From IMG/VR virus record IMGVR_UViG_2671180710_000027: a DNA stretch of 11,178 nt; one strand, written 5' to 3'. The DNA is from a virus. Taxonomy: Duplodnaviria; Heunggongvirae; Uroviricota; Caudoviricetes. Shown one piece after another: positions 7,117-11,178 of this stretch. Each line of letters opens with the position of its first letter. The stretch's first letter is position 1. The position numbers were made by a program, and so were the translations under genes. The notes under the pieces are model-generated. The model saw nothing but the letters and a program-made list of their open reading frames with translations, was not told the DNA's origin and did no database searches.

Positions 7117-7405
7117 GGCTTACCTCCCCGGCCTGCTGGTCGTAACACTCCATCAGTTCGGCCATACAGCCAATGAGGGCAGGGGCTGTCTGTAGAAATC
7201 CGGCTAATTGGCAGATCTCGTCTCTGGAATAGGTGATGGGGTTTTCGCGTAACTGGCTTCCCTCCAGTGCCTTACCAACAAAGGCAATCCCCGCCAGTAA
7301 ATTCACTCTGTGCCAGTCGGCATCAACGCGCAGAATCCAGTGGCTTTCTTCGTCCGGCATACTGCTCATGGCGGCTTTCATTGACTCACGCAGACAATCA
7401 CGCAT
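7109..7405 (-). CDS. Hypothetical acidic protein (98 aa from ATG 7403-7405)
   Basis: The ORF-track start at 7435 is a TTG. The ATG at 7403-7405 sits in an ATGCGTGA overlap with the upstream stop and has GGGGG 6 nt upstream. Confidence 0.5.
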   Translation of the reverse strand: MRDCLRESMKAAMSSMPDEESHWILRVDADWHRVNLLAGIAFVGKALEGSQLRENPITYSRDEICQLAGFLQTAPALIGCMAELMECYDQQAGEVSHV

Positions 7406-7862
7406 GGCGCGCCCCCTGACGAATACGGGCGACAAAAATCATATGCGCGTGCGGTAGCTGCGCGCGTGCTTCGCGTTCTGTTGCCGCCGTGACGGTAAAG
7501 AGCGAGGTTTGTTTTTCCTGGCACTGCATAAAGCGCCAGACAAAGTAAGGGCGTGCGAATACAGCCATGTGAAAGGCTCCTATGTTTGAGGTAAGGAGTC
7601 TCGCTACTACGCTGCTAAACGGGGTGGCGAGACGTAACGGGGTTAGCAGACTGGCAACATAGAAACCAGCGAGCGCAAAGGCTCCCCCGTCACGCCCCGC
7701 CATAATGCGGGTATGGGTAGGTTTACGGACACAAAAAAACCGCATATCGGAATGTAAGCGGCTGTCCGCTATGTTATTCAGGCTGCTAAACCCGGTCACC
7801 ATGTGGGTGACTCCGGCATCATACAGCCCGAAAGAAGAGGCGATCAACATGTTTTTAAGCAT
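7398..7862 (-). CDS. Ash/Icd-like family protein (long form 154 aa; possible short form 7398-7568)
   Basis: C-terminal 56 aa (MAVFARPYFVWRFMQ...HMIFVARIRQGARHA) is paralogous to the Icd-like protein upstream. The long start at 7860-7862 overlaps the upstream stop (ATGCTTAA). An internal ATG at 7566-7568 has GGAG 8 nt upstream, so the true start is ambiguous. Confidence 0.5.
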   Translation of the reverse strand: MLKNMLIASSFGLYDAGVTHMVTGFSSLNNIADSRLHSDMRFFCVRKPTHTRIMAGRDGGAFALAGFYVASLLTPLRLATPFSSVVARLLTSNIGAFHMAVFARPYFVWRFMQCQEKQTSLFTVTAATEREARAQLPHAHMIFVARIRQGARHA

Positions 7863-8052
7863 GGCTCACCCCCTGAGCCGGAACGCGGCCAGCAAAAAGC
7901 AACACAAAATCACGCGCCAGCATACGGCGGGCGGTTGTTTCGTCGGGTGCGTTGACGGATTCGCGGTGTGGGCGGTCGTTCAGATCGGAACGGCGAACGG
8001 CCAGAAAGTGAAAGGTAAATTCAGGGTGTAACGGGGTTGGGGTCGTAGCCAT
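7855..8052 (-). CDS. Host cell division inhibitor Icd-like small protein (65 aa)
   Basis: MATTPTPLHPEFTFHFLAVRRSD...ARRMLARDFVLLFAGRVP matches the recalled Icd-like pattern. The ATG at 8050-8052 has AGGAGG 8 nt upstream. The 201-aa ORF-track version adds a Pro/Gly/Arg-rich N-terminal extension that I consider non-coding. Confidence 0.6.
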   Translation of the reverse strand: MATTPTPLHPEFTFHFLAVRRSDLNDRPHRESVNAPDETTARRMLARDFVLLFAGRVPAQGVSHA

Positions 8053-8481
8053 TCTGGCAGCCTCCTTTTGCAAATTTAAGGAGTCACCGCCTGAGTTTCC
8101 ACGCTCATAAGGGGCGGTGACGCTGGCGGGGGTGGAAATACCGGCGCAAAAGGAAACCGGCCAGCCTTTCGGCTGCCCCACCAGCGCCACCATAGATACA
8201 GTGCGGGCCTTGCCGCTGTTCATGGTTGCGCGATGGCACGACACAAAAAAAGACGCTGGGCGCGTCTGTGTCGCCTTTTGCTCATTAAACGGGTTTCCAC
8301 GCCCGGCTGGTGGATTTACACCAGCCGGGGAAATATAACGCCCACCAGCGATGGCAGGCAAGCAATATTTGCGGTTGCCGCCCATTCTGTGGGGCGTGTG
8401 GTGGTTGTTTTGGGCGTGAGAACGCCCCGGCCCTGTTGCGGGCCTTTCTGGCATTTTCATGATTAAAATTCTCTGACGGGG

Positions 8482-8688
8482 TTAATTGCGCGTGCTGGTC
8501 GTGCCTTTGCGGTCAGCGAGCCACTGGCGGATAGCGGAAACATCAAAGCGGCTTACGCCATCGCCCAGCTTATCCGGGCTGGGGAATTTACCTTTTTTAA
8601 CCCAGTTCCATAGCGTCGATTCGCTAATCTGAAAATGGTTTATCACCTGTGCCGGGCGCATATAGCCGGATTTGGGTAAGGTATCCAT
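8482..8688 (-). CDS. alpA: AlpA-family phage regulatory / excisionase-like HTH protein
   Basis: 68-aa ORF with an HTH (MRPAQVINHFQISESTLWNWVKKGKFPSP) followed by RFDVSAIRQWL, typical of AlpA/Xis-type proteins. AGAGG lies 9 nt upstream. Confidence 0.8.
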   Translation of the reverse strand: MDTLPKSGYMRPAQVINHFQISESTLWNWVKKGKFPSPDKLGDGVSRFDVSAIRQWLADRKGTTSTRN

Positions 8689-8739
8689 GATTAAAGCCTC
8701 TTACAGTGTTTTGGTGCTGAATGGAGGCTATACGCAAGG

Positions 8740-8773
8740 CAAGAAAAAGTAAAGGCGACTAAATTTAGTCGCC
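8740..8773 (-). terminator. Intrinsic terminator downstream of the orphan gene
   Basis: Perfect 20-bp palindrome GGCGACTAAATTTAGTCGCC (8754-8773), followed on the minus strand by TTTACTTTTTCTT. A T-run also follows on the plus strand, so it may act in both directions. Confidence 0.5.
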
Positions 8774-8857
8774 ATTTTTATTGGTGTTTTCGGTTTCTTT
8801 AAAATGCTGGCATATGTATTAAAAAAACGCTTTTATGCTTTCAATTTCATTAAAAAA

Positions 8858-9811
8858 TTATCTTTTTGCTTTTGCGTTTCCGCCCAAAATTTTCCATTCA
8901 TTGGGTAAGCGTCTGGCATCAGATAATATTTTTGCTATTCGTCCCGCGTCAGGTGTTGGGGTGGGATTGCCATCCCAGAACAGATAACCGTGTTTCTCTA
9001 TGGCTTCGGCATGTGATTTAAGTGTCTTGCCAACATCTTTAGGGAAGTGATACGCCACGTACAGGGCAGCCGCGAGAACCTTTTCACGTTCCAGCGCGAA
9101 TCGCTCCACACCGCCGTGTATATCATGCTTTTCCTGATTCCTGTCATCTGTCGGTTGTTCTGTGCGCTGGTAGCCGGGCCTTTGTGCAAGTATTTTTTGC
9201 ATGACCATCATTTCTGAATCGGTAATGCGCAAATTCTTTTTTTCCGGGGCGTTTATCCGGCGTGAGCCGCCACGTGGTGTAAAGGTTGCTGTAACTTTGG
9301 ACAGTGAAGGGGTATCGGTGTACGGTTTTAATGTGAATGTGTCCTGTGCGTGAACGCGCGAGAACTCGGCGTAAGGTACAGTCCATAAGCCATACAGGAG
9401 AACATCCGATACAACCATAAGTTTCCCGTCATGTACCTGCGCGTCACTATGGTTGCTGTCAAAGTAGAACCCGGATTGTGAGTATTGATGGTAAACATTT
9501 CTCCAAATCAATATTGATTCAGGTTCGTTGTCATTGGGGAAAAGCCTGAGTTTCTCCCCTTCTTCCGGTTGTAGTAATTCAGGTGGGAAATAATCGTTTG
9601 TTGCTGGCGCTGAAATACTGGCAATGTTCCACGGCTTGGCCGGATATCCCCACTTGTCGTAATCCGTGTAGCTTTGGCGGTTTATGGAACTTTCCGGGCC
9701 GAAATCAAGTGCGATTTTTATTGTCCCTTTAGCCCATTCAGTCAGTATTTTTTTTTGAGTACACCCCAGTATGCTGGCGGCTGTATCAATAGGGTATGTG
9801 TTTTCATACAT
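8858..9811 (-). CDS. Hypothetical protein (317 aa), AT-rich cargo gene in the integrase-alpA slot
   Basis: Long uninterrupted ORF with ATG at 9809-9811. Composition is markedly more AT-rich than its neighbours. The N-terminus has an HTH-like stretch (IDTAASILGCTQKKILTEWAKG). No catalytic motif recognised. Confidence 0.6.
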   Translation of the reverse strand: MYENTYPIDTAASILGCTQKKILTEWAKGTIKIALDFGPESSINRQSYTDYDKWGYPAKPWNIASISAPATNDYFPPELLQPEEGEKLRLFPNDNEPESILIWRNVYHQYSQSGFYFDSNHSDAQVHDGKLMVVSDVLLYGLWTVPYAEFSRVHAQDTFTLKPYTDTPSLSKVTATFTPRGGSRRINAPEKKNLRITDSEMMVMQKILAQRPGYQRTEQPTDDRNQEKHDIHGGVERFALEREKVLAAALYVAYHFPKDVGKTLKSHAEAIEKHGYLFWDGNPTPTPDAGRIAKILSDARRLPNEWKILGGNAKAKR

Positions 9812-9906
9812 GGTTTACGTTACCTTTGACGCTACCTTAAAAATAAACCGGGGCAGGCGGTAAGGTTTCCCGCTTTTCGCGCCGTCGCGCTATCCCCGGT
9901 ATGTTT

Positions 9907-11178
9907 TTATTTTGCAATCGCTTTTGTGATGGGGGTTACGTTGTATTCATCCCCCTGTTCCAGAGCCACCAGCAGGTCGGCCCATAACTCCAGAGCGTGG
10001 CGGCGTTCATTGAAATACTGATGGCGGTTATAGATACCCTCAACGCCTTTAATTCGGTGGTTCAGGCAGCGTTCCGCCACTACAGGGTCTACCCCAAGCG
10101 CGGCAAGGTGAGTTCTGGCTGTGCGTCGGAAATCGTGAACGGTAAAACCCGGCACACCAGGCATTTCCCGGCGAACCTTAGCCAGCGCAACGGGCAGGGT
10201 GCTTTCCTGTATGTGTGGAATCATGCGCTGTTGCATTTTGCGGGCCGGAAGCACCCAGCGGCTACCGCCTGAAATGCTGTGTAATTCGCGCAACCATGCC
10301 ACCGCTGGTGGCGGTAGTGGGATATCAATGGCATCCCCGTTTTTAGCCCGTTCGGCAGGGAGTCGCCATACAGCACTATCTAAATCAAATTCATCCCACT
10401 GTGCGGCGCACAACTCCATTTTTCGGCAGCAAAGGCAAAGTATCAGTTTCATGGTGAGTTCATTCTCACGGCTGAATCCTTTAGCTGTGCGCATGGCCTG
10501 AAAAAAATGAATGAGTTCATCACGGGTTAGCCATCGGTCGCGGCTTTTTTCAGCCCCACCAGCATCTGATAACTCAAAAGCAGCGGCGGGGTTTGTTTCC
10601 AGTGCGTGGCGTTTGATGGCGTAGTCGAATATCCGTTTAGTCCATCGCAAAACATCATTGGCGACTGTTGGCGCTCCGCGGTCAATAATGCGCTGTAGCA
10701 TTGCGTCAATATGGCGCGGTTTAACGTCTTCGACTTTCAGGCTGCCAATCTGAGGGTTGATATCTTTGTCTATGCGGCGGCGGAGAATATCGGGATGTTT
10801 CCAGCGGGGTAGTATTTGCCGTTCGTAGTATTCGGCTGCCAGTTCTGACACGCGAAGGGCGTTTTTTTCTTCCTCAATCCGTGCCAGTGCCGCCGCTTTT
10901 CGGGCCTGCTTTTCTCCGGCCACGTCATGGCCCAGCGCAACACGGGCGGCCAGTTCTTTAACGGTGGCGCGGGCTTTACTTAGTGACAGGTCGGAATATG
11001 AGCCGATGTGCATAGCACGTTGTTTCCCGGCCATCCGGTAACGATAGCGCCAGAATGGGGCGTTATATTTTTCAGGGAAGCACAAATACAGGCCGTTACC
11101 ATCGGCGCGGGCATCAAAGCGTTCCCCGGCCTTTATCCACGCCTTTATCTGAATATCCGTTAACTTCGCCTTTGTCAT
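9907..11178 (-). CDS. int: Tyrosine site-specific integrase, P4 family
   Basis: 423-aa ORF whose N-terminus (MTKAKLTDIQIKAWIKAGERF...GNGLYLCF) resembles the P4-type arm-binding domain. The C-terminus carries the catalytic motifs HDFRRT and LNH...GIYNRHQY. The start codon is at the window edge. Confidence 0.9.
   Translation of the reverse strand: MTKAKLTDIQIKAWIKAGERFDARADGNGLYLCFPEKYNAPFWRYRYRMAGKQRAMHIGSYSDLSLSKARATVKELAARVALGHDVAGEKQARKAAALARIEEEKNALRVSELAAEYYERQILPRWKHPDILRRRIDKDINPQIGSLKVEDVKPRHIDAMLQRIIDRGAPTVANDVLRWTKRIFDYAIKRHALETNPAAAFELSDAGGAEKSRDRWLTRDELIHFFQAMRTAKGFSRENELTMKLILCLCCRKMELCAAQWDEFDLDSAVWRLPAERAKNGDAIDIPLPPPAVAWLRELHSISGGSRWVLPARKMQQRMIPHIQESTLPVALAKVRREMPGVPGFTVHDFRRTARTHLAALGVDPVVAERCLNHRIKGVEGIYNRHQYFNERRHALELWADLLVALEQGDEYNVTPITKAIAK

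Larger units (their letters stand above)
1017..11178. mobile_element. Integrative element (P4-integrase / alpA / primase-helicase island, satellite- or PICI-like); right end lies beyond the window
   Basis: Co-oriented module of integrase, alpA, replication genes, iteron origin and regulators. tRNA-like direct repeats sit at the left edge next to a chromosomal SOS gene. The integrase start is at the window edge. Confidence 0.6.

Noticed and set aside
7855-8460. 201-aa version of the Icd-like ORF
   Set aside because: The N-terminal 136 aa are low-complexity, and a strong AGGAGG-ATG start occurs internally at 8050-8052.
8998-9386. Short minus-strand ORFs nested in the 317-aa gene
   Set aside because: They are alternative frames inside a longer, uninterrupted ORF.

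Overview
The window holds about 0.6 kb of chromosomal sequence followed by a roughly 10 kb integrative element whose genes all lie on the minus strand. The chromosomal part is dinD with its LexA (SOS) box. The element starts with a P4-family tyrosine integrase at the right edge (start codon at 11176-11178, reading inward). Leftward it carries an AT-rich orphan 317-aa gene, alpA, a translationally coupled operon (Icd-like, Ash-like, two small acidic proteins, TOPRIM primase, SF3 helicase), an iteron-type origin, a 5'-truncated ssb remnant, a perC-like/mor-like regulator pair, and two degenerate tRNA-like sequences that look like attachment-site relics. No packaging or capsid genes, rRNA or CRISPR arrays are visible. 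All calls rest on reading the ORF-track translations and the nucleotide sequence by eye; no database search or folding program was run, and family names come from recalled motifs. The most interesting candidates are the orphan gene in the integrase-alpA slot, three separate repeat arrays in non-coding gaps, the pseudo-tRNA pair, and the truncated SSB that keeps its C-terminal IPF tail.
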